From positions 14,880,142 to 14,944,141 of the forward strand of contig CAJINV010000001.1 of the NCBI GenBank assembly GCA_905178155.1: 64,000 nucleotides of DNA, given 5' to 3'. This stretch comes from Amoebophrya sp. A120. Its lineage: Eukaryota; Protista; Dinoflagellata. Below the pieces are notes generated by a model. The model saw only the letters and a program-made list of their open reading frames with translations, did no database searches and was not told the origin of the DNA. Every line of letters starts with the position of its first letter. The stretch's first letter is position 1. Shown here one piece after another: positions 35,849 to 47,600 of this stretch. Both the position numbers and the translations under genes were made by a program.

Positions 35849-38806
35849 TTAGGTGAATCCAAGAGCGCGAATCCTTTCTGCCAATTCGGCTTCGGATAAT
35901 TTGGATCTAGGACAGGCTCCATAGATGGTGCAGAAACAATCGTGCTCGTGCGATTATCACGACAACCACATACACACACAATCACTTAATGTAAAAACCA
36001 TGCAAACATTGACCCAGTCCACAGTTGACCTGGCCATATCTGCTGCGTCGGCAAACTGCGATCGTTCATCTTCGCGGCTGTAGTGACAGGCTGCCTGTTA
36101 ATGTAGTTTTCATCGAACGTAGATTTATGATTTAAGTTTGTGCCCAAATCAATGGTTTCTCTCAAAATCATTACTATGGAAAATCGAAATCACGAGATGA
36201 AAAGCACTTGTCCGCTCCGCCGGCCCCGGACGTGGCACCTGCGTCTTCAATAGCGGTCCGGACCATGGTGAGGAGCTCTTCTGTTAGCTGCGTCTGGGAT
36301 TTTCTGTCCTCAGAAGCAGCAGACGAAGAAGACGCCGCCCCGCTGCCTGACGTGCCTGGTGGTTTCTGCTTCGGCGCAGGCCCCCACTCCGACGAGATCG
36401 TGACTTTCTTCTTGGAAGACCGCGGCACTTGTGTGGTGTTCGACGTCGTGGCAGCGTCAGAAACCACGGTTTTTCGTTCGGGATCGTCCATATTATTGAC
36501 GCTTTGCGCCGCTGCATCACCGCTGCCGCCCAGGCCGGCGCCAGTTATCGCACTACTATTACCCGCGGAGACTGCACCTCCAGAGGCGGTAGCTGGGCCT
36601 GCGCTTTGATGCAGCTGGCTCACAGGGGGGGAAGTACCGGTTGAGTTTGTGTTCCGCCGAACTGCTGGCGGCACACCGGTGCTTCTAGACGAGGGTGCGT
36701 ACGAAGTCTTTGCCGCTTCGGAACCCAATTTCGCCTCTCCAGCTTGGGGTTGCTGCACTTCCTCTGCTGGAGCTGCTGGAGGAACTTCCATCGGCGAGAT
36801 GGCAGACGCTTTCGATGATTTTTGGGTTTTCTCTACTGCGTTTACCGATGACTGGCTTGCTCTGGCCTCAGCACGTCGCTTGATCCTGTCTTCCAAGCCC
36901 TCTCGTTGCGCCGTCCCACTCCTGCCAGAAAGCGAGGTTCCTTTATCTGCGGATGCTGTTGTGGTGCCGACGACCGTTTCGGTCTGCAGCGCTGCCGCCG
37001 GCACTACACCAGGTCCCGCGGGGGCGGCAGCCACGATGTGACGCACAGACGTCGTTTTCATTTTTTCCTCGCCTGGTTCTACTTTCACGTCATCTTCCGG
37101 AGTCAGGAGCGAGGAGCGGTCGAGTTTTTCAGCATTACTATTCCGCAAATCCTCCGCAGTTGCCTCCAGAGGCATCATAGACCCTCGATCCATGTTTCCC
37201 GCATTGCTGTTCCGCAGCGTATCTGGGGTGGCGCCATCGAGCGACTGCATTGAAGATCGGTCTGGTTTTGTAGTTGCTGCACCATTATTGTTCATCTGTG
37301 GCTTAGAAATTATCACCGACCCTAGCGAGAACCGATCGTCCGCCTGGAACTCCTCCGCGGCCAGGGACCTCATGCTACCCCGTGACTTTCGGTACGAGCT
37401 GGAGTTCCGCTCAGCGTTTTTCGACGGTGCAATCCCCTTTTGCAGCAGCCCCGCGCCGTGGGTGTTGTTGATGTTATCTTGCGACAAGACGCGCGCTGGG
37501 GGCGCGTGCGGCTGCGAGGACAGAACCGTTTTAGCATCACCTGCAGGCAACTGCTCATCGTCCAACAAGGACCCCTGCGAGCCTGCCGACACGCCACTGG
37601 CAATCTCCGGCGGGGCACCAGCACTCGTCAACCTCTTCATACTACCGGGATACACGTGGTCTTCCGAACCTGGATCATTGTCGCGTGGAGCGCCATCAGG
37701 AGGGGCAGGGAAATTATCCAGGCTTTCATCGTCCTCCTCTTCCTCCTCGCTGTCCTCCTCCTCTTCTCCGTAGAAATTGTCCGCTGCCATCTGCTCACCC
37801 TCTGCGACCAGGCCTTGCTGTGTTCTAGAGCCACCTGCGAGTGTTTTTAGGGCTTTGCTTCTCGATAATTTGAACAAGTACTTTGATTTTTACACTCAAC
37901 CTATGAAACCCGGAATGAGAAGCAGATTACTTATCTCCACATCAAATCAGTACCATCAGCCTCGTCCTTGGGTTCTTCATCATCTTGCGCTTCATCATAC
38001 GGCTCGTCTTCCCCTGCAGCGTCTTCGTTTTCTTCATCGTAGTATTCTTGGCCGCTCATGCCTTCGTCATTCGATGCGCTTCCGCTCGGCGTTTCCTCAT
38101 AAAACAACATCGCCGTTGTGTTGTTTTTGACCTCTTCTGTCTGCGGTGTACTTTTTCGTGCTGCATCTACTTCTGGCTCGTCCTTCGCCGGTTCTGCTAG
38201 CACGACTGGAGGAAGAGAACCTGGTACTGAAGCAGAAAGACCCCGAGTATTCATAATTTTCCGGTGCGAGGCCCGCGGGACTGGCTGAACCAACGGAGAG
38301 TCCTCTGTCACAGACGAAGAAAAAGACCACCTCGAAGATATCTCTTCCTGATTTGGTGTGTCCGCCTCTCGCAAGAGCTGCTCCACGACCAGTGGCGTTT
38401 TCAAATTCTCCGTACTCACCGGCCACTCGGTTAGCCGAATTGGTGCCTGACTCTGCTTCGACCGCTTGGGGTAATTCAGGGTGCCCTTCTTTGGTGCCAA
38501 CTGCTTCCCCGCTTGCTTATTCTCGTAGCCCGGGCCATGTACTACGGTCCCGGGTGAAAACCGGAGGTTAGTGGTCGCTTTTATCTTTTCCTTCGCTTGT
38601 TCTCCATAGTCTACTGACTCCTCCTTTTTGGCCGCACTACTTGTGCTACTTGATTCTGGCAAATTGGCAGCCAGCGCTGCTCGGTGAAGAGCATCTTTTT
38701 TCTCTCCTTTTACGCGCGAGGACTGCCGCGTCAGTGCGGTTGAGGTCGCGGGGCTGTCACCAACCAGCAGACCCGGGCGAGTTAACGCTTCGGCAAACAT
38801 ACTCAT
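35849..38806 (-). CDS. Ser/Ala/Glu-rich low-complexity protein (multi-exon; 3' end uncertain)
   Basis: ORFs 37931..38977 (ATG at 38806) and 36174..37877 join through a GT-AG intron (EADG|GSRTQQ). Small further exons lie near 36030-36093 and 35850-35920. Confidence 0.6.
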
Positions 38807-39829
38807 TTTGCTTTTTCTAAGCAAGTCCAAGTTGAAAAAACGAAAATGAGTATTCCGTAACGTCCCTTCTACTTCATGTCGGTTTAAAGAAAACTGAAAA
38901 AGTGGCACTAGTCCCCAAGACGATGATATTACCTCCACGAATTGACCGAGAATAAGAAAAAGCTGACTTCCGGTCACAACGGCAATTGTAAGTGCTTTAT
39001 TGTAAGTGCTTTAGCTAGAATGAGAATGGCAGCACTACGACCGAGCAGACGTTATTATACTTTCATGCCATACATCTTCATGACGAACACGCCATACATC
39101 TGTCATGAAGGCAACGAGAACGACCTGATACGGCTAGTAGTAGCTTCCGAGGGAGGTAGAAGTCACGATCGAATTCCCACGAGATAAAGCCCGACGACTT
39201 TGCCTACGACCTTTTGAGGAACCGACGCACACGAGGTGCCTGCTACAATACTGATCTACCTGTCGTGCAACCAACCACGAAGAACGACCCGCGCTGTGCT
39301 GTTCCAGAATGGGTGTGGAGCTTCTCGTTCGCTTCTTGAAGGGAGTAGCAGAGGCCTGCTGCCTTTGGCAACATCCACTTTTTTATTCATCTGGTGCGAT
39401 ATTGATACTGAAAGTTTATACATAGAATGGGAGCGAAGTTCTGTGGTCTGTGACAAAAAGAAAAATTGATAATCGATCCTAGGTAGTAAATCCATTTCGA
39501 ATTCGATACTGAAGTCTTTCCTGTTGACCGTTGCGCATACCAATTTCTGGTGGAATAAGCTTTTGTTGAAAACTCAAATAATGGAATATTCATTTCTTGT
39601 ATTCGGTGGGATTGATTTTTTGTTTTTTTTTGCTTTTTGTTCTACGAAAAAGAGTGGGTGAAGAAATAGCTACTTAGCGTGACAAATGTAGAAGTATCTT
39701 CTCCCTATGTATGATGCGTCGAAAAGTCAGTACCATAGTATTCGAAAATAGTGGAAAAAAGTGCGAAATATTTTTTGATTTTGTGATCAAGAACTCGTGT
39801 CATAGACCTAACTCGAGATTGTACTCGTC

Positions 39830-41902
39830 TCAGTACTTCTTTCCCTGAAGTACCTGCTTCCCGGTTCCCTTTTTGCCCTTCCCTTGATTCAATGCCTCGG
39901 TCCGGCGGATCGCATCTTGGTACGCGACGATGTTCCGCGCCTCCTGATCCCCTTCCAAGGTTTCGACTCTCAGTACCTCCAGTGCTTTTTGGGCAGCCGC
40001 GTTTTTGGCACTCCTGGTGTGTTGTTTTTGCGATTGCATTTGAGATTGCAGAGCCCACGAACAACACACGGACAAATGAATTCAACTAATATACCGTTTC
40101 AGTGCATGCAGGCGCTAACGCTAAGATGAAACAAGAAAAGATCTCGCGAATATACTTTTCCGCCTGCGCCTTAGAGTCCTCCTCGCGCCATTCGATACCA
40201 TCGACGAAGAAAGCATCGCTGCCGTGGAAGGCCCAGCGTGCCTGCTGCGGAATTTTCATGCGACAAGAAAAGCACTGTGTCTCTTCATCGTAGTGCACTT
40301 CGTATTCGAGTCCGGGGTTGCTGTTTTGCAGTTTCTTCTGCAGCGCCAAATTTAACTCCGCAATCGCGTTGGGAGCTAGTTTGTTTCCAGGGGCTGCCGC
40401 GGTGGCGGTAGGTACCGCCCCGACCTGGCTCGCCTTGCTCCACGTTTGAGTGTCGTACTTGAGCAACGGAACGTAAGCAGCGGCAAGGTTCGGGAACGGG
40501 GGACCATCACCGTTCGTCGTCCACCACTGGCTTTCCTCACTATTTGCGTTTTGGGTAGGGTCCAAGCCCACGGCGGGGGACGGATCAAAAGACGATGACG
40601 ACGACGACCTGATGGTTTCCATTTATTCTTCGCGCCTTTCGTTCCTTTAAACAGAAACAGGTATTTCTGAAACATCAAATAGATTGTTCTTTGTATAATT
40701 CGCCGATGATTGAATTAGAACGTAGCAGTTTCGTCTATACTCAACATTTGGCTCCTCCGTAGGAGTAGCGCTGTCCGGGACCACAGCCCCATCTCCTTGT
40801 CCAGCGGAACTTTTTCCGGCCTGAAGGCTCGCACACATTGCCTCGACCTTCTGTTTGTTTTTCGCAGCACTCGTGCTGGCCGCTGCCGCCCCTTTTTTTT
40901 TCTTCCCGGGTTTGATGGTGATGAAGTCAGCCAGGGTCGCCGTCTCCTTCGGTGCGGAATATTCGGACACCTTCACTTTCACCTTCTTCTCCTCCTCCTT
41001 GGCTCCGTACTTCTGCAGCCACTCAACGGCGTCCCGGGCGACTTCCTCCTCCGCAGTTTTCTTGTCGTACTGCGGTCTGTTGCAGTGAATCTCCGTCACC
41101 GTTCGCCCGCTCACTGGGCAGCGAAAAAAGGGCCGGATGTTGTGGCCGATGTAGAGGACGGATTTGTAAACGGGATAGGAAGAACCAACAGCGCCGTACT
41201 GCTTCCCGGATCCCTTACCGTGATGCATCCATTCTTCGTTGGTCAAAATCTTGACATCGGGCACGCCGTTCACCGATTTTTGCATGCTGTTGTTTAAATT
41301 TTGCAGATTGTTCTCCGGGTTCTTCACCCAGATTACCGGCTGCGCAGGCTTTTTGTGAACGTTCGTCTGCATACTCGTGCCCTTGCTCGTCTGCCCAGTC
41401 GCACTGGCGTCTGCCATGGATTCCTGCTCCCACATTCGGGCTTGCGCCTCGTCCTCTTCGTGTCCAAACGTCGAAGCGAAACCCACAGCGTGCGCGTGAA
41501 CTGCCGAGAAGATTATTGATTTTACATTCACGTCCTCATGTGCATATGTCCTGTATATGAATGAAGTCCACCAATTCTCCTACAGAATGCAAACCCACTG
41601 ACCACGAACAAGTCGAGAAAAACAACGAGAAAAAGAGTACACGTCTTCTTCTGCTTCGAAGCCTCCTTCAAATTTTTGAACTTCTCGTGCATTTCGGCTT
41701 TTGCTTTCAGTGCGTTTTCTTGTCGGATCTTGTCGGCAATCTTGGTCGCCTTCTCATCGCGTTCCCGCTTCTCCTCAGCGTGGTAACGCCGCACCTCCTC
41801 GAGATTGAGGTCGCCGAACTGCGCCATAAAGTTTTCGAATCTGTCATTTTGATCCAGCTTCGGCTGGTGCCAGGAAGAGCCTTGGGGCGTGGCCGACGGC
41901 AT
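39830..41902 (-). CDS. Protein with two divergent double-stranded RNA-binding domains
   Basis: dsRBD-like helix pairs: NNLQNLNNSMQK...DKKTAEEEVARDAVEWLQ and NAIAELNLALQKK...RSAKNAAAQKALEVL. About four exons. Confidence 0.6.
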
Positions 41903-42608
41903 AATTTTCGACTCCAAGTATTGCGATGAACCCTACTACTACCCTAAACCCTTTTACTACAACAAAAAATTGCTGGAGATTATTCTCTCGGCCTAGAAAA
42001 GCGCTACTTCTGAAACTAAACCAATCCAACGAGAATGAGAGTTGTCCACACAGGTGCTTTTGTCTCCTATGTGTACAGCCTAGTACCGCATACTTGAAGA
42101 CAAGAGAAGACAGTGAGTGTCACGATACAGAATCACAAAAGCACGACAGCCTGTGAGAGAAGAACCGTAGTAGCCACTAGAGGTTGGTTTTCAATAGTTG
42201 ATTGGTTGCGTCCATCTTGATCTCGATGTGTTGACAATGACTTCAAGGCTCTGCACAAGAAACACTTGTTCTGTGTGGAGGCTCAGAAAGTACCAGAGGC
42301 AGGACGGGCTGAACATCTTACTCGGAAGATGCTCCAAAGCAACTGTAGATCAATTTCGATTCGGTTCCAATCATGGATGTGCTTAGCTACTGTGACGAAA
42401 GTTCGTCTGGTATCAAGTACGTCAAGGACGAAGCTGCTGCGTTTCCACATAATTTACGGAAAAAGCGACAACGCCCGTTCTGGAAAAAAAAATTCTTTCG
42501 TATGGGCATGCAGAAGAGAAGCCAGCTACACAGCAGCTGGCTCCTCTTGTTTGTCTATGTATTGTAGAAAGCAATAAGTTTGTGAATTGACTAGCACATC
42601 TTTAGCAA

Positions 42609-43745
42609 TCATCTCGGGGTGGTGTTCCGCCTTGGTGTCGTATCCCTACGGGGCGTTGTGTTCTGTCGCGGCGTTACGTTTTGTTGTCCTTGTCTAGGCG
42701 TGGTGTTGCGCTCGCGATAACTGTCCTGCCTCCGAGGCGTGGCGTTTTGTCTTGGAGTCGTGTTTTGCCGCCTCGGTGTCGTGTTCGAAACCTGTCCTGG
42801 TAGCTGCTGACCGTCCTGCCGCGGCGTCGTGTTTTGCCGCGGTGTCACTTTCGCCCGCCCGATGGATCCGAGCTGGCCGCTCACGTAGGAGTTGACGCTG
42901 TCACGGTTGGGATCCGTCTTGATGCGCACGTCTTGGTCCTCCTGCGGTTCATCCTCAATCGCCAGTGGCGCACCCCCACTCGGGGGCAGCGCGGGCGGCT
43001 TTCCTTTCGATCCGTTCCGCCCTTTCTGCTCCGTCGCCTCGCGCACCGGCAACAGCGTCACGGGGTCGTCGCGGTAGTAGCGGTTCCTCTCGTTGGCCGC
43101 CACGTCTTCGGGCGAGATCTTCATGGTTTTGTTTCCCTTCGGCGAAAACATGCCCCGCCACGCTCTTTTCGGCGACTCCACCCAGCTAAAGCCCTGGCCC
43201 GGGCCGTGCAGAGGGCTAGTGGGGAGGTACTTTGAGGCGGTCGGATGGTTCCGGAGAACCCAGACAATGCCGACGAGAAAAAGCAGAACGCCCATGGAGA
43301 TCACGATGATGATGATCGCCGTTTCGCTTACCACAACGCCGTCCGAGCCGTCCGCAGTCGTTGACGTTCCGCTCCCCGACAGCCCCAGTTGATCCGCACA
43401 GGTGACCAGACTATTCCGACCCGCGGCGCTGGTGTAGGGGTTCGTGCTCGCGGGTAGCCGCTGGCACAGTGTCGCTTGTGCCGCCGTGCTGGCGGAGTTC
43501 ACGTCCGCACACAAGTTGTTGCTGCCCCAGTTCAAAACAAGGACATTTGCGGCCCCTGGATCGAGCACGGCTTGCACCTGTGCCATCTGCCATGTGGAGG
43601 AGGAATCGACCGCCCATATGGTCTGTCCGATGCTGCACGCCGCAGTTAAGTCGCACCTCGTTCCCAGCTGAAGCAGCAGCGGAAGAAAGCGATGTTTCTT
43701 GGACGGAAACGAAAGTTTTGTTTTGGCTGTTATGGTGGAAGCCAT
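42609..43745 (-). CDS. Single-pass membrane protein with a C-terminal (N)TTPR(R/Q) repeat tail (5' exon uncertain)
   Basis: TM segment AIIIIVISMGVLLFLVGIVWVL, a Cys-containing N-terminal part, and about 10 TPR(R/Q) peptide repeats at the C-terminus. Confidence 0.7.
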   Translation of the reverse strand: MASTITAKTKLSFPSKKHRFLPLLLQLGTRCDLTAACSIGQTIWAVDSSSTWQMAQVQAVLDPGAANVLVLNWGSNNLCADVNSASTAAQATLCQRLPASTNPYTSAAGRNSLVTCADQLGLSGSGTSTTADGSDGVVVSETAIIIIVISMGVLLFLVGIVWVLRNHPTASKYLPTSPLHGPGQGFSWVESPKRAWRGMFSPKGNKTMKISPEDVAANERNRYYRDDPVTLLPVREATEQKGRNGSKGKPPALPPSGGAPLAIEDEPQEDQDVRIKTDPNRDSVNSYVSGQLGSIGRAKVTPRQNTTPRQDGQQLPGQVSNTTPRRQNTTPRQNATPRRQDSYRERNTTPRQGQQNVTPRQNTTPRRDTTPRRNTTPR

Positions 43746-44323
43746 GTTTTCTATTTAGGCTTAGCTCTACTTCCGGTACAAAGAATCAGCCTCTTGGTGA
43801 GGGTATCACCTGGAAGCGGTTTTAATTCTTGCGCTTGTCGCGAATCAATAGCAAGATGCAACTTGTTTGTACCAGAGGTGAATTACGCAAAATGAATTCA
43901 AGGTACAAAATTGCTAGAAGAGCGTCATAGCTGCACAACAACGATGGAGCAGGAAGAAGAGCAGCAAGAATAGTTCTAAATGCTTTCAAGGGTGGATGAG
44001 TGGGTTTCAATTTGTGGTTGAGGTCCTGGAAATGAAAACCTCAAGGCAAGATAATGTATAAAGGCCACGGAGTCAGAATAGCATAGGCGCTCGCCTTGCA
44101 CGAATTTATTTGAAAGCACGAGCGCCCGTTACGTTCTGACGATGCACGATAATGAAAAAACGACGATGTGTACGCCGGCATCGACGAGCAAAAATCATTC
44201 AGTACATGGTCAGAATGAATACTGAATAAACCGATTTCGCAAAACAAAGTTTGCTTGCGAGTTCAAAATTCCATCTCACCGAAAAGAATTTTGTGTTTCT
44301 CGAGATTCGGGTGAATTAGACCG

Positions 44324-44361
44324 ACGAGGTTGAAAAAATTCACGAGGTTGAAAAAATTCAC
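44324..44361. repeat. 18-bp tandem duplication
   Basis: ACGAGGTTGAAAAAATTC twice. Confidence 0.8.
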
Positions 44362-44652
44362 ATTTTCCAAACCGACACTCGTGCTGCGTGATTACAATCC
44401 AAACAGAGTACTAGCAACAGCACAGCAGATACGTGGAACAACAAGAGCGCTTCATAATTCATGGTCTTGCAACTTTCTCACAGGAGAGTGCGCATCGATT
44501 TTGATTATTTTGGTGCCTCACAGAACCATACATCATCTAATGCTCTGTTTAAGTCAAATGTGTCATCGGGGAAAAATTCTGATGCTGGGTAGGTAGAGTT
44601 ATTTCATCAACTCAGCAAAATATCTCTCGAAACTCTCGCTGACGAAAACGTT

Positions 44653-47600
44653 TTACCAGAGTCTAAGATTGACTGGATGTGTTAAGGTATGCCCAAGACT
44701 TCGTTCCTGGACCTGCAATTGACGAGTTTCTAGATGACGAGCTCTACTGTGATCTGCGGCTAACTCGTTCGTTCTTGAATACCTCGGCGCCACAGTATTT
44801 CTCGCGTCCCTGTTAATACTCCTCTGTCTTTCGGTCGAACTACCTGAGTTACTGTCTAAAATCTGAGGCAAGCCTTCTACCGGTACCGAGCTATGTGACC
44901 CTTCCTCTACTCTACTTCTTCGGCTGATGCTCCCTCCGGTCGATCGCTCGGCCGCCTCGACCTGCTCGCTGTTCCCGCCCGACCTCTCCGGAGCCAAATT
45001 GTACTCCTCAAAATCGTCTGCAAAGTCGTCGCTGTCCGGTTGCAGAACCACAGAACCGTTCGACTCATTTGACATTTCCGGACTCCGTAGACCGTCCTCA
45101 ACATCAGCTAGCACTCCTTGATGTTGCTCGACGTTGGCTAGCGACATGTGACCCTGCAGCTCCTCAATTCCTCCGAGATTCAGGGCTGAGTTGCGACTGC
45201 CACGCATGCTGGTGCTTGTTCCCGCCGTCTGCACATATGCAGTTTCCTCTATGGAGCCGGTTTGGTTGCCCGGCAGAAGAACATTCATTCCCGGGTACTC
45301 GATCTGGCCGCTGCCCGTGGTGCTCCTCCTGATCATACTGTTCTTTTTCACTTTGAGCTGGTTGGTACTTGAATTGGGATTCTCATTGTTCTCCCCTGCT
45401 CCGCTGAAAGAAGATTCACGCATATTTTCTATTTCGTCTATGCCATTGTGGACTGTGCGCTTCACGCTATCGCTGATCTCCCGCGACTTTACCTTCAAAA
45501 AGCCGTTGCTGTTCTCGTCGCTCGGTATTGGTTCCCGCACGCTACTGGCCCTGGCAGGTGGATATTCATATTGGTCAACCACCCGAACACTGCCAAACTG
45601 TACTTGCCCCCCCGCAACTACGCTATTACCCCGCCCATAATTCCCCTCATGGCTGTTGGGCGGGTCCGCGCCGCTGGCTTTAAAGTTCACCGACCCCCGA
45701 ATAGGGTGTGACTGCTTCGTTACTCGGTCCATGTCAGTCAGCCGCGACGCCGTAGGGGCGCGCTGCGAGGCCAGAGGCGAAAAATGGGTCACCGATCCTC
45801 GGACCGATCCGGTCTTCCGTGCACTCGGTCCTCGGGCTCCGTGCTGTTGCTCTACAACCTTCGCTTGCTCACTGACGATTCCGTCACTTTCAATCATTCG
45901 CACCTCGTCCGATGCGGGTGAGAGGTTGCGCTCGTCCGGAGATAGTTTTACTTTCTGTCCGCTAGGTCGAACCGACATCGAAGATTTTTTTCGCTGCGCC
46001 GCGCCGGGAATAAAACCGCTTCTCGTCGCAACACTATGGAGCTGCAACTGTTGTGCCGTCTGAGCGTCATCTCGGTCCAGCTGTTGTTGCGTCTGTCGAA
46101 CGCTGAGGTCATAATTCTGGTCTTCTTCATCTGTAATGCGTACCACTTTTTGATGTGCGAGGACCAGCGGCATTTCCTTTTCGTCAACGAACCGCTGCTC
46201 GGCGTACTGCAGCCACTGGCGGGTTTCACGCTCGACCTGCTTCGGCAGGTTTCCCAACGCCAACGCCTTCTTGAAACACTTCCCGGCTAATTGCGTGCGC
46301 TGGGACAAAGAACTCAACAACAGCAACGCCTGCCCGCGGCGGTGGAAGTGCTTTCCGTTGGTCGAGTCCAGGCCGTGCGCCACCGCCGCGTCGCGGTTAG
46401 CCCGAAGCGCGAAAAACCGCACGTCGACCGAGACGCAGTAGGGGTCGAAGGGCAATCCCTTCTGCGCCTGCTTCGCGAGCATCAGGTAGCATTGACAGCG
46501 GTTGCCGTACAACACCGCCAGTACCTGTTTGGAGGTCGCGTCCCGGGGACAGTTCTCGTAGAAGCGGCTCTCCACGACCGCAATCGCCTTGCTGAAGTAC
46601 TCCCCGGCCGTCTCGTAGTCGCGCTTCAGAAACATCGCATTCCCCAGCTCTTTCAGTTCCTCCACCGCAAGGCGCTCCGGCGGAAGGTCGTCGGACAAGA
46701 GACCCATGATCTTCTTCAGGCGCTTGCGCGTACTGTCACCGTTTGGTGCGCGGACCAGCAAATTCGGTGCGGTAGTGGCAGCACTCAAGTCAGTGTAAAG
46801 AACCCCCTGCTGCTCCTGGACCTGGTGTAGCCCCTGCTGTTGATATTGTCCGAGCATTTGCGGAAATGGCTCGAAACCAGGTGTCTGTGGCGGGGACCGC
46901 ACTGTCGCCGCAGCGCCGCCTTGTCGGAGGTTGACTTGCTGTGCAAGCTGTTGCGCCACTTGTGCTTGCTGTTTCTCTGATAGGCCAGCCTGAGCAGCAT
47001 ACTGCAGATTTATGTCGTCGTAGAAAATACCGGAATCGCCAAATGCAGGGACCGGCGTCGGCCCGCGCTGTTCTTGCCCTTGATGACCCCGGCCTTGCTG
47101 CGTTGGAGGCAACGGAGCAGCAGATGAATAACCCTGGTTATTGTACACAAATGTTTCAGGGGGAGCACCAGCTGGGTCGTAGTACATGATACCAGATTGC
47201 CCGACTGCCGGAACAGCCGTTGGGCCCGCTTGCCTGTTGCTCTCCGCTATCAAGGTTGTTCTCTGTGCGAGCTGCGAAACATCGTTGGACACATTTTGGA
47301 TCGCGTTCGCGAGATTTCTTTCCTCCTGCCAAGTTTGGTTGTTCAGCGACTGCAGATTTTGTTCCGTGGACGCGAGCCTGAACTCGATTTTCGAGCCCAA
47401 TTCCGGCAAAACGGCATTTAGACAGTTGTCGAGAAGCTGTTGGCAGTTCTGCACCTGGCGCTCGATATCGTCGATGCGGTTCACGCGATGCTGCAACTGC
47501 GAGACATACTCATCCAAATCGGCGTATTTTGCATCCAATTTCTGCCCCATCGCCGTCATGTGCTTTTGATACGGAGCCACCTCTTTGTCCTGAAAATTCC

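Noticed and set aside
35780-36100. Fusion of the 35849..38806 gene with the downstream TPR gene, mirroring the giant paralogue
   Set aside because: I could not find an in-frame canonical splice path, and MNLAAFLG at 35779 looks like an independent start. cDNA is needed.
38986-39012. 14-bp tandem duplication ATTGTAAGTGCTTT
   Set aside because: Isolated slippage-type duplication with no evidence of function.
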